Assembly: GCA_950096895.1 (NCBI GenBank)
Contig: CATNBF010000001.1
Location: 20,853-84,852, forward strand
DNA length: 64,000 bases
Reading direction: 5' to 3'
Origin: an uncultured bacterium
Lineage (GTDB): Bacteria > Pseudomonadota > Alphaproteobacteria > Rs-D84
Positions 37,195 through 46,862 of this stretch are shown here, in pieces; positions within the stretch are counted from its first letter, which is position 1, and every line of letters starts with the position of its first letter. The notes below the pieces were generated by a model. It was given only the letters and a program-made list of their open reading frames with translations. It ran no database searches and was not told the DNA's origin. The translations under genes were made by a program, and so were the position numbers.

Positions 37195-37974
37195 TTAATT
37201 AACGTTCGTTTTACCCAATGACGATACCGTCTGTTCCAGACGTGATACCGCGGAATTCAAACTGCGCGCCGCCATATCCAGCGTATCTGCATTTTCTGCA
37301 TCCATGACACGGGTCTGGGCCGATAGATAATCTTCCAGCTCGCGAAAGATGGCGTTTTGGGCCAATTGCACCTGCAGACCTAAAAAACCGACAATCAAAC
37401 TGCTGGCCAGTCCCAACAGCGAACTGGTAAACGCGGTGGCCATCCCCCCCAGTGGTCGCACCAGCCCTGATTGCATCGCCGTCATAATGGCATCATCTTC
37501 GAAATTCAGATTCCCAATCAGTTCTGCAAACCCACCCACGGTCAATATCAGGCCCCAAAACGTCCCCAGCAACCCCAAAAAGATCAATGTATTCGTGACA
37601 TAGCGCACAGATTCCCGTTGATCTTCGAAACGATTGGCAATGATATCTAAAAAACCATTCAATGTGCGCGGGGATAATGCGCGGGGACGGGCCTGGAGAA
37701 TAATTGCAACCGGGCGCAAAATACGCGGCGGTAATTGGGGACGCCGACTGCCCCCTGTGAATTGGTGCAGCCAACGATATTCCGGTAACAGGCGAAAAAT
37801 ATCAACAAAGCACAATCCAATCCCAAAAATCGCCGTTCCAATAATAATTCCATTTAAGATAATATTTGACGCCGCAACAACCATAAAATCGCGCCAAAAC
37901 AAGATAATCCCCGTCGCCACCAACGCGGTAAACAAGGCCATTCGATTAAGATTTCTATGAAAATGTCTGGGCAT
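37195..37974 (-). CDS. MotA/TolQ/ExbB-family proton-channel protein
   Basis: Multi-TM protein with FLGLLGTFWGL and GMATAFTSSLLGL, which are typical of the family. It lies directly upstream of the MotB-like gene. Confidence 0.7.
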   Translation of the reverse strand: MPRHFHRNLNRMALFTALVATGIILFWRDFMVVAASNIILNGIIIGTAIFGIGLCFVDIFRLLPEYRWLHQFTGGSRRPQLPPRILRPVAIILQARPRALSPRTLNGFLDIIANRFEDQRESVRYVTNTLIFLGLLGTFWGLILTVGGFAELIGNLNFEDDAIMTAMQSGLVRPLGGMATAFTSSLLGLASSLIVGFLGLQVQLAQNAIFRELEDYLSAQTRVMDAENADTLDMAARSLNSAVSRLEQTVSSLGKTNVN

Positions 37975-38160
37975 ATCTCTCTGCTTTTCTCTAAATGATA
38001 GTAAAAATTCATCTATCCTGTCAATAGTGATTTTATTCTTTGCCCACTATGGATCTGGATTATGAATTTAAGGCTTGATTTTATTAAAAAAACCTTCATA
38101 ATGATTGACGTTCCTGCCAATGACATGGGGTTGTTGGCTGTATAAACCATAGGAAATAAA

Positions 38161-38499
38161 ATGGCTTACTATGAAAGCGTTCTGGTTTTCCGCCAGGACC
38201 TGACCGAACCGCAGGTCAAAGAAAAAGCGGCAAAATTTAGCGATATTATCAAAGAACTGGGCGGTAATGTAAAATCCACAGAATTCTGGGGATTGAAAAA
38301 CCTGGCCTATATCATTCGTAAAAACCGCAAGGCACATTACGTTATGTTAAATATTGAATTGCCGGGCAACCAAATCAAAGAACTGGAACGCCGTTCACGC
38401 ATCGACGAAGACGTTATTCGTTTCTTGAACGTCCGTGTCGAAGAATTGGCAACCCAACCGTCAATCATGATGAAAAAAAATAATGAAGAGGCAGAATAA
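38161..38499 (+). CDS. rpsF: 30S ribosomal protein S6
   Basis: [19 protein letters not shown]... rpsF-rpsR-rplI gene order is present. Confidence 0.95.
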   Translation: MAYYESVLVFRQDLTEPQVKEKAAKFSDIIKELGGNVKSTEFWGLKNLAYIIRKNRKAHYVMLNIELPGNQIKELERRSRIDEDVIRFLNVRVEELATQPSIMMKKNNEEAE

Positions 38500-38726
38500 T
38501 GGCAGTCCGTGCAGCAATCTATCGTAAAAAATCCAACCCGTTAAAGGGCAAGGTTATTGACTATAAAGACGTTAAATCGTTGAGCCATTATATCACAGAA
38601 CGTGGTAAAATTGTCCCGTCCCGCATCAGCGGCGTTCCCCAAAAAGATCAACGCGCATTGGCCACGGCCATTAAACGCGCCCGTCATTTGGGTCTGTTGC
38701 CGTTTGTGCGCAATAACCTGGGGTAA
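38499..38726 (+). CDS. rpsR: 30S ribosomal protein S18
   Basis: ..[26 protein letters not shown].. pattern. Confidence 0.95.
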   Translation: MAVRAAIYRKKSNPLKGKVIDYKDVKSLSHYITERGKIVPSRISGVPQKDQRALATAIKRARHLGLLPFVRNNLG

Positions 38727-38781
38727 AAAAATAAATATAACAAATTTGGGATTTTCCCTAACTTGAAAAAGGACAGATAAA

Positions 38782-39378
38782 ATGAAAGTTATTTTAACAG
38801 AAAAAATTACAAAATTGGGCAATATTGGTGACACCGTCGACGTAAAAACGGGCTATGCACGTAATTTCTTGTTGCCGAACAACAAGGCCATGCGTTGGTC
38901 CCGTGAAAACGTTGCCATCTTTGAATCTAAAAAAGCCGAATTACAGGCCCGCCAAGATGCAACCAAAAAGGCAGCCGAATCCAACGTTGATGCGGTCAAG
39001 AACGCCAAACTGCACATGATCCGTCAGGCAGGTGATACCGGCCAATTGTATGGTTCCGTGTCCAGCCGTGATATTGCACGCATGCTGACAGAAATTGCAA
39101 ACGTTGCAGTCGAATCGGCCCAGGTTATGTTGGGCTCTCCGATTAAATCTATCGGTTGCTTTGACACGAAAATCGCCCTGCACCCGGATGTTATTGTTCC
39201 GGTCAAGGTCTATGTGGCCCAGACCCAAGACGAAATTGACGCCTTGGTTGCAGGCAAGGTTCTGACATTCGGCACCAAGAAAGTCGAAGAAGAAGCAGTC
39301 GAAGAACCGGCCACCGATGCAGCCGCATCTGACGCCGAACCGACAGCAGATGCCGAAACAACGGCCGATGCAGAATAA
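38782..39378 (+). CDS. rplI: 50S ribosomal protein L9 (with an acidic C-terminal extension)
   Basis: MKVILTEKITKLGNIGDTVDVKTGYARNFLLP. Confidence 0.95.
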   Translation: MKVILTEKITKLGNIGDTVDVKTGYARNFLLPNNKAMRWSRENVAIFESKKAELQARQDATKKAAESNVDAVKNAKLHMIRQAGDTGQLYGSVSSRDIARMLTEIANVAVESAQVMLGSPIKSIGCFDTKIALHPDVIVPVKVYVAQTQDEIDALVAGKVLTFGTKKVEEEAVEEPATDAAASDAEPTADAETTADAE

Positions 39379-39392
39379 AATGCAAAGATCAA

Positions 39393-39421
39393 AAAAATCC
39401 CGGTCCGCCGGGATTTTTTTA
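39393..39421 (+). terminator. rplI intrinsic terminator
   Basis: aaaaaatcccgg-tccg-ccgggattttttt. Confidence 0.75.
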
Positions 39422-39479
39422 TATTATCATAAATTGCAGATTGATTTCTGAATAAAATCAGTTATAATAGCGTCTGCAT

Positions 39480-39556
39480 GCACCCGTGGCTTAACTGGAT
39501 AGAGCATCGCCCTCCGAAGGCGGGGATTGCGCGTTCGAATCGCGCCGGGTGCACCA
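39480..39556 (+). tRNA. tRNA-Arg (anticodon CCG)
   Basis: Manual fold of gcacccg-tg-gctt-aactggata-gagc-a-tcgcc-CTCCGAA-ggcgg-ggatt-gcgcg-ttcgaat-cgcgc-cgggtgc-a-cca. TATAAT box at 39463. Confidence 0.9.
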
Positions 39557-39955
39557 AAATTCAAACCGACCATCGCGTCGGTTTTAATTTTGCACGGGCA
39601 TCCCGCGATTTGAACGCGCCGCGGTCGACTATGAGTCGGCAAGACAAACGTAGTGCAGTCGCGCCGTCACGAATGCCCCGACGGCACACGTGTGCCCAGG
39701 GAATCGCGCCGGGTGCACCAAAATTCAAACCGACCATCGCGTCGGTTTTAATTTTGCACGGGCATCCCGCGATTTGAACGCGCCGCGTTCGACTATGAGT
39801 CGGCAAGACAAACGTAGTGCAGTCGCGCCGTCACGAATGCCCCGACGGCACACGTGTGCCCAGGGAATCCGCCGGGTGCACCAAAATTCAAACCGACCAT
39901 CGCGTCGGTTTTAATTTTGCACGGGCATTCCGCGATTTGAACGCGCCGCGGTCGA
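39537..39955 (+). repeat. tRNA-Arg-linked tandem element, 2.55 copies of a 164-bp unit
   Basis: Unit starts at 39537, 39701 and 39865. Each begins with the tRNA 3' end gaatcgcgccgggtgcacca (the third copy has a 1-nt deletion), followed by a terminator hairpin and a GC-rich module. Confidence 0.9.
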
Positions 39956-40255
39956 TAATTGGTTTTGCCACCAATAAAACATCGGCGGGCACCGGGGCGG
40001 CCATTACAAATGCTATATCACCCATTATGCCCCCCGCAAAAAAACAGATAGCAATATGATCAAAGGCCCGATATCAACCAAAATAATAAAAAAAAAGCGT
40101 ATAGGGACTAGCAAAAAATTTGGTTGTATCAAATAAATTTTTCTATCATTAATGGAATTTTTACCTAATAAAAACAGTTGAATTATGATAAGAATACAAT
40201 CATAATTAGGCTAAGACATTAGGAATATTACCCTAATTAACGATTGGAGAAAAAT

Positions 40256-40522
40256 ATGACACATACAGCGATATGGGCGGCCATTGATGCCTTGGCCGAC
40301 AAGAACAACATGACGACATCACGTCTGGCACAGATTAGTGGGATGGATGTCACATCGTTTAACCCCAGCAAGCGTTTTACACGCGGGGGCAAGCCGCGCT
40401 GGCCATCGATTGGCAGTCTCCTTAAAATCCTGGCGGCAACGGGAACCACATTGGCAGAATTTGTTGAAATGATCCCAGAAACGACCGACATGGAGCATAC
40501 CACCGCCCCAAAGGCGGAATAA
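40256..40522 (+). CDS. small XRE/Cro-like helix-turn-helix regulator
   Basis: ..MTTSRLAQISGMDVTSFN.. HTH. GGAGA SD 5 nt upstream of the ATG. There is a 7-bp inverted repeat aattagg/cctaatt in its promoter region. Confidence 0.55.
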   Translation: MTHTAIWAAIDALADKNNMTTSRLAQISGMDVTSFNPSKRFTRGGKPRWPSIGSLLKILAATGTTLAEFVEMIPETTDMEHTTAPKAE

Positions 40523-40580
40523 CACGTCCCCATTGCCTTTTACATGACATTTAATTTAGAACACCAATTCAAATATTCAA

Positions 40581-40612
40581 AAAAAAAATCCCGGAATAAC
40601 CGGGATATTTTG
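40581..40612. terminator. bidirectional terminator
   Basis: aaaaaaaatcccgg-aataa-ccgggatatttt, between convergent genes. Confidence 0.7.
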
Positions 40613-40613
40613 A

Positions 40614-41588
40614 TTAAAATTCGGCACGGATCCCCAACATAACATTGGCCCAGAACATACTTTTTACCCCAAACCAATCGCGCGACCGATCGCCTTCTTT
40701 ATCAGATAATGCCCATTTTACATTTGGAACATACATCAAGCGGGCCCCAAAATCCAAGAAAATCGCATCTGTTATTCCATATGACATCCCCCCGGCCAAG
40801 ACACCCGCCACAGTCGAATTATCTTTCTCTGACTTATAAAATTGCAAGATATTATACTTGTCCAATTCGCCATAGTTCTGTAAATCTGCGGACAACGACA
40901 AATCCCCATACAAATCGGTCAGGTGCAAGACCGTTTGAACATCGGCATACCCCACCCCAAATCCGACATAGGGAATAATCTGGCGTGACGGCTTTTCAAT
41001 ACCATCAAAGAAATCGTAAAAGGCCATCGCACTGATGATATCAGCGGTAACCTTGGAATGAACGCCACCCGATTGAACGTTGACGATCATACCGCTGCTT
41101 AATGTTAAATCACCATCAAACATTGGCGATGCGTTATATTCACTTTCCGAGATGTGATCCCATCCCAATTCCAAACGCCATTGCGGGGTATTGGGCACAG
41201 TCCAACCCACACTGGCCCCGGCGGCGAATGAAAAATTTGAATAATCCTTGGCCGCAGGCAATGCAGCGATATCCCCCGATCCGGCCAATTCAAACATGGA
41301 CGCATCGCAATCCCCACTTTCCAGGCATGCAGCATAAAACCCATCAGACACGACCAGGCCTGTTGACGGATCATAATAATAATTTGCCGTCAAAGATCCG
41401 ATTTCGTTATCAACACCCCCAAAACCGAACGAACCGCCCCCACGCACAGATATTGTAAAGCGTGACCCATCATCGGCATATGCCCCCGTACGAACGTAAT
41501 CACCCGCATACTGCCAATTTGCAGATGCCGGCGTTATAACCGCCACAGACAACAAAACCGATGCCAAAGATATAATATTGTGTTTCAT
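40614..41588 (-). CDS. outer-membrane beta-barrel protein (OMP_b-brl / porin-like surface antigen)
   Basis: Signal peptide MKHNIISLASVLLSVAVITPASA, alternating beta-strand pattern, and a C-terminal ..LGIRAEF. Confidence 0.65.
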   Translation of the reverse strand: MKHNIISLASVLLSVAVITPASANWQYAGDYVRTGAYADDGSRFTISVRGGGSFGFGGVDNEIGSLTANYYYDPSTGLVVSDGFYAACLESGDCDASMFELAGSGDIAALPAAKDYSNFSFAAGASVGWTVPNTPQWRLELGWDHISESEYNASPMFDGDLTLSSGMIVNVQSGGVHSKVTADIISAMAFYDFFDGIEKPSRQIIPYVGFGVGYADVQTVLHLTDLYGDLSLSADLQNYGELDKYNILQFYKSEKDNSTVAGVLAGGMSYGITDAIFLDFGARLMYVPNVKWALSDKEGDRSRDWFGVKSMFWANVMLGIRAEF

Positions 41589-41867
41589 GTTCGATATTAT
41601 ATCACAATTTAACGGGAACAAAAACAGAAAAATCACCCAATTCTTTGCCCCCGTGGCGGCGCGTCACCACCACAATTGAAACACATCGCCAACGTGCGTA
41701 TGGGGCAAAAAAATCGTCTCTATGCCGTTCGTGGTTTATTTTTTAATGGCTGGCACTTTCGCACGCCACCCATGATGGACATCATCATGGCCGATCAGTC
41801 ATATGATACAGATCAAACCGCCGGCGGCCCCAAGGTCAGAAATGTTATCAATTGCGATCGCAAACGG

Positions 41868-43631
41868 TTATTTTACAATATCGCGAAAAATTTCTGCGGG
41901 AATGGTTCCGCCGGTTATCTTTGAATTCATGGGCGTAAAGTCATCATTGCCCATCCAAACACCAATCACCCAATCGCGGGCCCGTCCAATAAACCATGCA
42001 TCACGGTTCCCATTACTGGTTCCTGTTTTTCCGCCCAATACATGCGCCCCGGCCGCACGACGTCCGGTCCCACCCGGCCCCACCACATCGGCCAGCAGCT
42101 GGCCCATATGTCCAACGGTTGATTCTGACAAAACCTGGATCGGATCAGATGGGTTACGTTGATACAAAACATCCCCACGGGGTGTTGTGATTTTTGTAAT
42201 AGAAAACGGATGAACCGATTTGCCATTATTCCATATCACAGCGTATATATTGGTCAAATCCAACAGACTCATTTCCGATGCCCCCAAGACCGTCGAATAT
42301 TCCCGCCGCAACCGGTTTCCCACCCCCAATCGCGCCGCCATATCCAACATAGTATCAATCCCATATTCATGCGTTAATTTTAACGGCACAGAATTGACAC
42401 TTTTTGCAAATGCGTTGGCCAATGTCATATCCCCATAATATTTTTCATTGTAATTCTTTGGGTTATAATCCCCGACGGCAAACGGTGAATCATTGACATA
42501 CGATTGCGGGGTTAACCCATTCTCAAGGGCCACCAAATACACCACCGGCTTAAAACTGCTGCCGGGTTGCCGTAATGCCAAGGCGCGATTAAACTGGCTG
42601 GTCTGGTAATCTGCCCCACCCGCCATTGCCCGAATGGCCCCACCCGGTGTCATGGCCACAACGGCCCCCTGGTATGGGGAAACTTTTTGCATCAAAGTTG
42701 CAGCAACGCGTTCTTGTAATTTCTTGTCCAGTGTGGTATAGACGAACAAATCGGAATCAAATTCACCGATCCGAGAGCGCACTTCGTCCACAACAAAATC
42801 GGTCCAATAACGATAGATATTTGTATCCGGAATTCCCTTTGCCGGCCCCAGTGTTTGTGCCGCCCCACGTGCCGCATCCAACGTCACATATCCTTGGCGC
42901 ACCATTTCGGTCAAGACCACCCGCGCACGTGCAATATTTTTATTGGGATTTTTAAGGGGGCTGTATGTTGTCGGGGCCTTTAGCATGGCGGCAATTTGTG
43001 CACTTTGCGCCAATGTCATTTTATTGGCCGGCGTTTGAAATAAGGCCCGTGACGCCGCATCAATCCCCCGCATTCCCCCGACCAAAGACACACGGTTCAT
43101 ATATAAATCCAATATCTGATTTTTATCAAAACGATTTTCCAGCCAATATGACAAGATTAATTCTTGAATTTTGCGAGAGATCTTTTTCTCTCGCGAGAGA
43201 AAGATATTTTTTGCCGTCTGTTGGGTTATCGAAGACCCCCCTGCCGCCAAGCGTCCATGCACCAAATTAGAAATCATTGCCCGCGTAATTCCACGAACAT
43301 CAATGGGGCCATGATCAAAAAAACGCTTGTCTTCGATGGCAACAATCGCTTGCCATACATGTGGGGGCAGTGTCTGGACAGAAACCGGGGCCCCCATGAT
43401 GCGATTGGCACTGCGTATCTCGTTCCCATCACGATCTAAGAAAGTAATGGCGGCGGGACGGGTTTCATGCAAAATCGCATCTAATGACGGCATCTGTAAA
43501 AAAACCGTCAAAACATAAATCGCCACAATTGCAATACCAACCAGGATCAGATTAATTCCCCACATCAGCATGCGCACCCGCCATGATGGTGCCTTGTCTT
43601 CGACTGATTTTTTCTGTGCTTTTTCGCGCAT
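41868..43631 (-). CDS. mrcA: class A penicillin-binding protein (PBP1A family)
   Basis: Transglycosylase motifs EDKRFFDHGPID and GGSSITQQ, plus a transpeptidase domain. The start is moved to MREKAQ. Confidence 0.85.
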   Translation of the reverse strand: MREKAQKKSVEDKAPSWRVRMLMWGINLILVGIAIVAIYVLTVFLQMPSLDAILHETRPAAITFLDRDGNEIRSANRIMGAPVSVQTLPPHVWQAIVAIEDKRFFDHGPIDVRGITRAMISNLVHGRLAAGGSSITQQTAKNIFLSREKKISRKIQELILSYWLENRFDKNQILDLYMNRVSLVGGMRGIDAASRALFQTPANKMTLAQSAQIAAMLKAPTTYSPLKNPNKNIARARVVLTEMVRQGYVTLDAARGAAQTLGPAKGIPDTNIYRYWTDFVVDEVRSRIGEFDSDLFVYTTLDKKLQERVAATLMQKVSPYQGAVVAMTPGGAIRAMAGGADYQTSQFNRALALRQPGSSFKPVVYLVALENGLTPQSYVNDSPFAVGDYNPKNYNEKYYGDMTLANAFAKSVNSVPLKLTHEYGIDTMLDMAARLGVGNRLRREYSTVLGASEMSLLDLTNIYAVIWNNGKSVHPFSITKITTPRGDVLYQRNPSDPIQVLSESTVGHMGQLLADVVGPGGTGRRAAGAHVLGGKTGTSNGNRDAWFIGRARDWVIGVWMGNDDFTPMNSKITGGTIPAEIFRDIVK

Positions 43632-43656
43632 TATACCCAATCCCCCATTGGTCCAG

Positions 43657-44913
43657 TCATAATTGGATAAACATATCCGGTCGATCGGCCAATTGTTCAA
43701 TCGCGTCATCGACAACATGACGATAATTCAAGAATCGTTCTTTGTCATTGGCCCCCAGATTACTAATGGCGGGCAACTTTACCGTCATGGGGTTAACATG
43801 CTTGCCATTCTTGATAATTTCATAGTGCAAATGTGGCCCGGTGGACATGCCGGTCGATCCGACATAGCCAATGGTCTGGCCCTGGCGCACATTGGTTCCA
43901 ACCCCCACCCCTTTGGCAAATCGTGACATATGCGCATAAAGCGTTTCATACGATCCATTATGCCGAATCTTGACATAGTTTCCATGTCCCTTGTTAAAGC
44001 CACGGGCAACCACACGACCCGCCCCCGCTGATGGAATCGGCGTCCCGGTTGACGCACGGAAATCAACCCCTTTGTGCGCACGGGTAAATCCCAAGACCGG
44101 ATGTTTGCGCCGTAAATTAAAGCTGCTGGTGACACGCGCGTTATTAATGGGCGTGCGCTTTAACGATTTAATGGCCCCATTACCGTCTTCGTCATAATAG
44201 CCGATTGTGCCATCAGATTTCCGAAAACGGTACATTTTGACATTCCCACGCAACGCCTGGAACCAAACAGCGATCACGTTACCATTGTCAACCTTGGCCC
44301 CGTCTTGATAATTTTCTTCGTACATAACCGAAAACCGCTGGCCGGCGCGAATATCACGTTCAAAGTCCATCTCGAACGCCAACAAATCATACACATAGGC
44401 CAATATCCCGGCGGGAATACCGGCCCGCTGGCCCGCGACATAAAAGCTGTCCCCGTCGTGAATTTCCCCGGCACGATAGACCACACGTGTATCCCGTTCG
44501 ATATCATGGGCCTGGCAATGCCATGCACCGGTGTCATCACACGTCAATTCCACCATGCGCCATGGGCCCGGCCGAAACACCATACGCGTCACCGGCGCAT
44601 CATCGGTCGCACGAATAAATTCGATTTTATCGTTATCCGCCCGCAGGGTTGACACCCCCGCATCTTTCTTTAACATCTTGGCGATGGCATCAATATCACG
44701 GGCGGAAAATCCTTGATCTGATAATAATTTCCCCAGTGTATCGCCCGCCGATACCATCACAACGGTTTCGCATTCTGGACGGACAACCGGCCCACGTGAT
44801 CGATTCCATTGCGATACAACCAATGCTATTGCCGTTAATGTTAGCAGCCCCGCCAGCACCAAAACGGCCCAGGTCAACCGACGGATGGTCAGAATATTTT
44901 TTGCTTTTTCCAT
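43657..44913 (-). CDS. M23 family metallopeptidase
   Basis: HKGVDFRA and GSTGMSTGPHLHYE motifs. The start is moved to MEKAKN to avoid overlap with divergent prmC. Confidence 0.8.
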   Translation of the reverse strand: MEKAKNILTIRRLTWAVLVLAGLLTLTAIALVVSQWNRSRGPVVRPECETVVMVSAGDTLGKLLSDQGFSARDIDAIAKMLKKDAGVSTLRADNDKIEFIRATDDAPVTRMVFRPGPWRMVELTCDDTGAWHCQAHDIERDTRVVYRAGEIHDGDSFYVAGQRAGIPAGILAYVYDLLAFEMDFERDIRAGQRFSVMYEENYQDGAKVDNGNVIAVWFQALRGNVKMYRFRKSDGTIGYYDEDGNGAIKSLKRTPINNARVTSSFNLRRKHPVLGFTRAHKGVDFRASTGTPIPSAGAGRVVARGFNKGHGNYVKIRHNGSYETLYAHMSRFAKGVGVGTNVRQGQTIGYVGSTGMSTGPHLHYEIIKNGKHVNPMTVKLPAISNLGANDKERFLNYRHVVDDAIEQLADRPDMFIQL

Positions 44914-44934
44914 GTCGCGGATTATAATAGGTTC

Positions 44935-45720
44935 ATGAAAATAAATCAAGCATTCGAAATATTACAAAAATCCGGTGGCCTGCGTGCCGCCCGAATAATT
45001 ACCGAACATTTTGGAAAAATGTCCGCCATTCGTACCTATTATATCGCGCGCCAGTTGCGCCGTGGCGTCCCGGTCGCCAAAATCATTCATGAAAAATGGT
45101 TTTATGCGCTGCCTTTTTATACCAATGGGGCAACACTGGATCCACGCCCAGATACAGAAACACTGGTGGCGGCCGTTATTGCCGATTGCGGCCCTGATGT
45201 GACACCACGCATTCTGGATGCAGGAACCGGAACCGGGTGTATTATCGCCGCATTGGTAAAAAATATCCATGGCGCAACCGGTGTCGGTATTGATCGATCG
45301 TATCGTGCCACGCGCGTTGCCCGAAAAAATATGCGTCGATTGGGATTAAATGATCGGATCAAAATTTTATGGCGGGATTTTACAAATGTACCATGTGATA
45401 CGCCATTTGATATCGTTGTATCAAATCCCCCCTATATCGATCGAAATGACCCACGAATAAATGATGGGGCACGCCATGATCCGGCCATGGCCCTGTATGC
45501 CAAAGATAATGGATTGGCCGCATACCGAATCATCGCCCGGTGCGCCCATAAATGGTTAACCGACAATGGAAAAATTTATTTGGAAATTGGTATCGATCAA
45601 GATAAACCCGTGCACGATATCTTTACCCAATCAGGCTTTCGTTTTCTGCGCATGGAACAGGATCTGGGGGGGATCAATCGCGTGATGGTTTTTGAACGGC
45701 ATGCCCCCGGCACAATATAA
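44935..45720 (+). CDS. prmC: release-factor glutamine N5-methyltransferase
   Basis: LDAGTGTGCI SAM motif and VSNPPYI. Confidence 0.8.
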   Translation: MKINQAFEILQKSGGLRAARIITEHFGKMSAIRTYYIARQLRRGVPVAKIIHEKWFYALPFYTNGATLDPRPDTETLVAAVIADCGPDVTPRILDAGTGTGCIIAALVKNIHGATGVGIDRSYRATRVARKNMRRLGLNDRIKILWRDFTNVPCDTPFDIVVSNPPYIDRNDPRINDGARHDPAMALYAKDNGLAAYRIIARCAHKWLTDNGKIYLEIGIDQDKPVHDIFTQSGFRFLRMEQDLGGINRVMVFERHAPGTI

Positions 45721-45725
45721 ATCTT

Positions 45726-45761
45726 AAAAAAAATCCCGCCAATTGGCGGAATTTTTTTTTC
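45726..45761. terminator. bidirectional terminator
   Basis: aaaaaaaatcccgcc-aatt-ggcggaattttttttt. Confidence 0.7.
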
Positions 45762-45762
45762 T

Positions 45763-46035
45763 TTAGTTCAACGCATCTTTCAACGCTTTACCCGGCTTGA
45801 ATTTCGGCTGGGTCGATGCCGGAATCTTAATCGCAGCACCTGTTTGCGGGTTGCGGCCCGTTGTCGCCTTGCGCTTTGCGGTTGTGAATGTACCGAAACC
45901 AACCAAGCGAACTTCGCCTTTCTTTTTCAGAACTTTGGTAACTGTGTTAATGAACGCGTCCAAGCAAGCAGCCGCGGTCGATTTTGTTACATCAACTTCA
46001 TTCGCAATTGCTTCGATCAATTGTAATTTGTTCAT
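45763..46035 (-). CDS. hupB: HU family DNA-binding protein
   Basis: MNKLQLIEAIA..GFGTFTTAKRKATTGRNPQTGAAIKIPA. GGAG SD before this ATG. Confidence 0.9.
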   Translation of the reverse strand: MNKLQLIEAIANEVDVTKSTAAACLDAFINTVTKVLKKKGEVRLVGFGTFTTAKRKATTGRNPQTGAAIKIPASTQPKFKPGKALKDALN

Positions 46036-46247
46036 GGTTTTTCTCCTTTCATACAGGTTTTTTAAGGTTGTCCGGCAGATATTGGGCAATGACTTTGGAA
46101 TCTGTGTCGCCCGCGATTTGGCGAATTTTTATTTATCACACCACGCTGCGGCCCGAATTCCAAGGGCATTGCCCGCCCTGCTTACCCGAATCGTAGAGAA
46201 ATCCGCCCTTTAAGTCAAGTGCATAATTTACAATTGAAAAAATCATT

Positions 46248-46724
46248 TTATGCCTTGACAGCCGATGCCCGTACCGCTATGGCCCCAGGATCGCTTTCTT
46301 CGCATAAAATCCATTCCCCAGACGCCCCGGCAACATGGACGCTGCGAAAGTAATTCGGCGTCATAATCAGCACCGTCATAATCGCCGCCGCCCACAACAA
46401 CATCTTGGTCATTTGCCATGGTTTTTTATAGGCATCACCAACAAATTTATCTTTTAATAAATTCTGGTATAATGCCCATCCCCACGAAAAGATAACCAGC
46501 AAGGCAATAAACATAAACACCATTACAATCTGACGCGTGGCATGGGACAAGATCGATGAAATTTCACCCCACACGCCCCCCGTCATCGGACAGACAAACA
46601 ATGCCGACCCGGCGGCATCGGCCGGCAATGGGAAATGAACCGGCGGCATAATCCGCAATCCGAATACCGACGCCAGAATAATTCCCGCCACGGCTGCAAT
46701 AGAAAACATCATAATCGGCTTCAT
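46248..46724 (-). CDS. integral membrane protein, unknown function
   Basis: 158 aa with about four hydrophobic helices. Confidence 0.45.
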   Translation of the reverse strand: MKPIMMFSIAAVAGIILASVFGLRIMPPVHFPLPADAAGSALFVCPMTGGVWGEISSILSHATRQIVMVFMFIALLVIFSWGWALYQNLLKDKFVGDAYKKPWQMTKMLLWAAAIMTVLIMTPNYFRSVHVAGASGEWILCEESDPGAIAVRASAVKA

Positions 46725-46862
46725 AAATATCCCCTGCGTTATTAATAAGTCTTATTATATCATATATGCAAAAGTAAAAAAATCGCATTTTTATAAATCT
46801 ATGATTGAAAGATTGAAAAATAACTTATAAAATCGCATGAAATTAAGCTAAGGAATAGATCG

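Noticed and set aside
36010-37974. Zorya-type anti-phage system (ZorA/ZorB)
   Set aside because: No ZorC/ZorD-like genes are adjacent. The long coiled coil is on the MotB-like rather than the MotA-like subunit, and the MotA-like protein is short (259 aa).
39589-39672. Possible minus-strand tRNA (anticodon CAT) inside each Arg unit. An acceptor-like pairing gggcatt/gatgccc and a T-arm-like gcgcgttcaaatcgcg are visible.
   Set aside because: The segment between the acceptor and the putative anticodon stem is about 29 nt, far too long for a D-arm. The T-stem and anticodon stem each contain a mismatch, and no CCA or proper discriminator context is present. I treat it as tRNA-like structure within the module, not as a tRNA gene.
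39537-39955. Possible CRISPR array, because of regularly spaced repeats
   Set aside because: The whole 164-bp unit is repeated with no unique spacers between short repeats, the repeat starts inside a tRNA gene, and no cas genes are present in the window.
39478-40059. Track ORFs 39478-39777, 39690-39914, 39817-40059 and their antisense partners, which encode repeated peptides (..GCTKIQTDHRVGFNFARASRDLNAPRS..)
   Set aside because: They run through a tRNA gene, terminator hairpins and the 164-bp tandem units, and the repeated peptides simply mirror the DNA repeat. The homologous Gln and His units do not preserve any reading frame because of indels such as ggtcga versus ggttcga.
40200-40243. Sequence aattaggctaag..ccctaatt upstream of the HTH gene, considered as a fourth copy of the switch arm because it shares cctaat/attagg
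   Set aside because: Only 6-7 nt match the 22-bp arm. The leader promoter, hairpin and cassette are all absent. It is more likely an operator for the adjacent HTH regulator.
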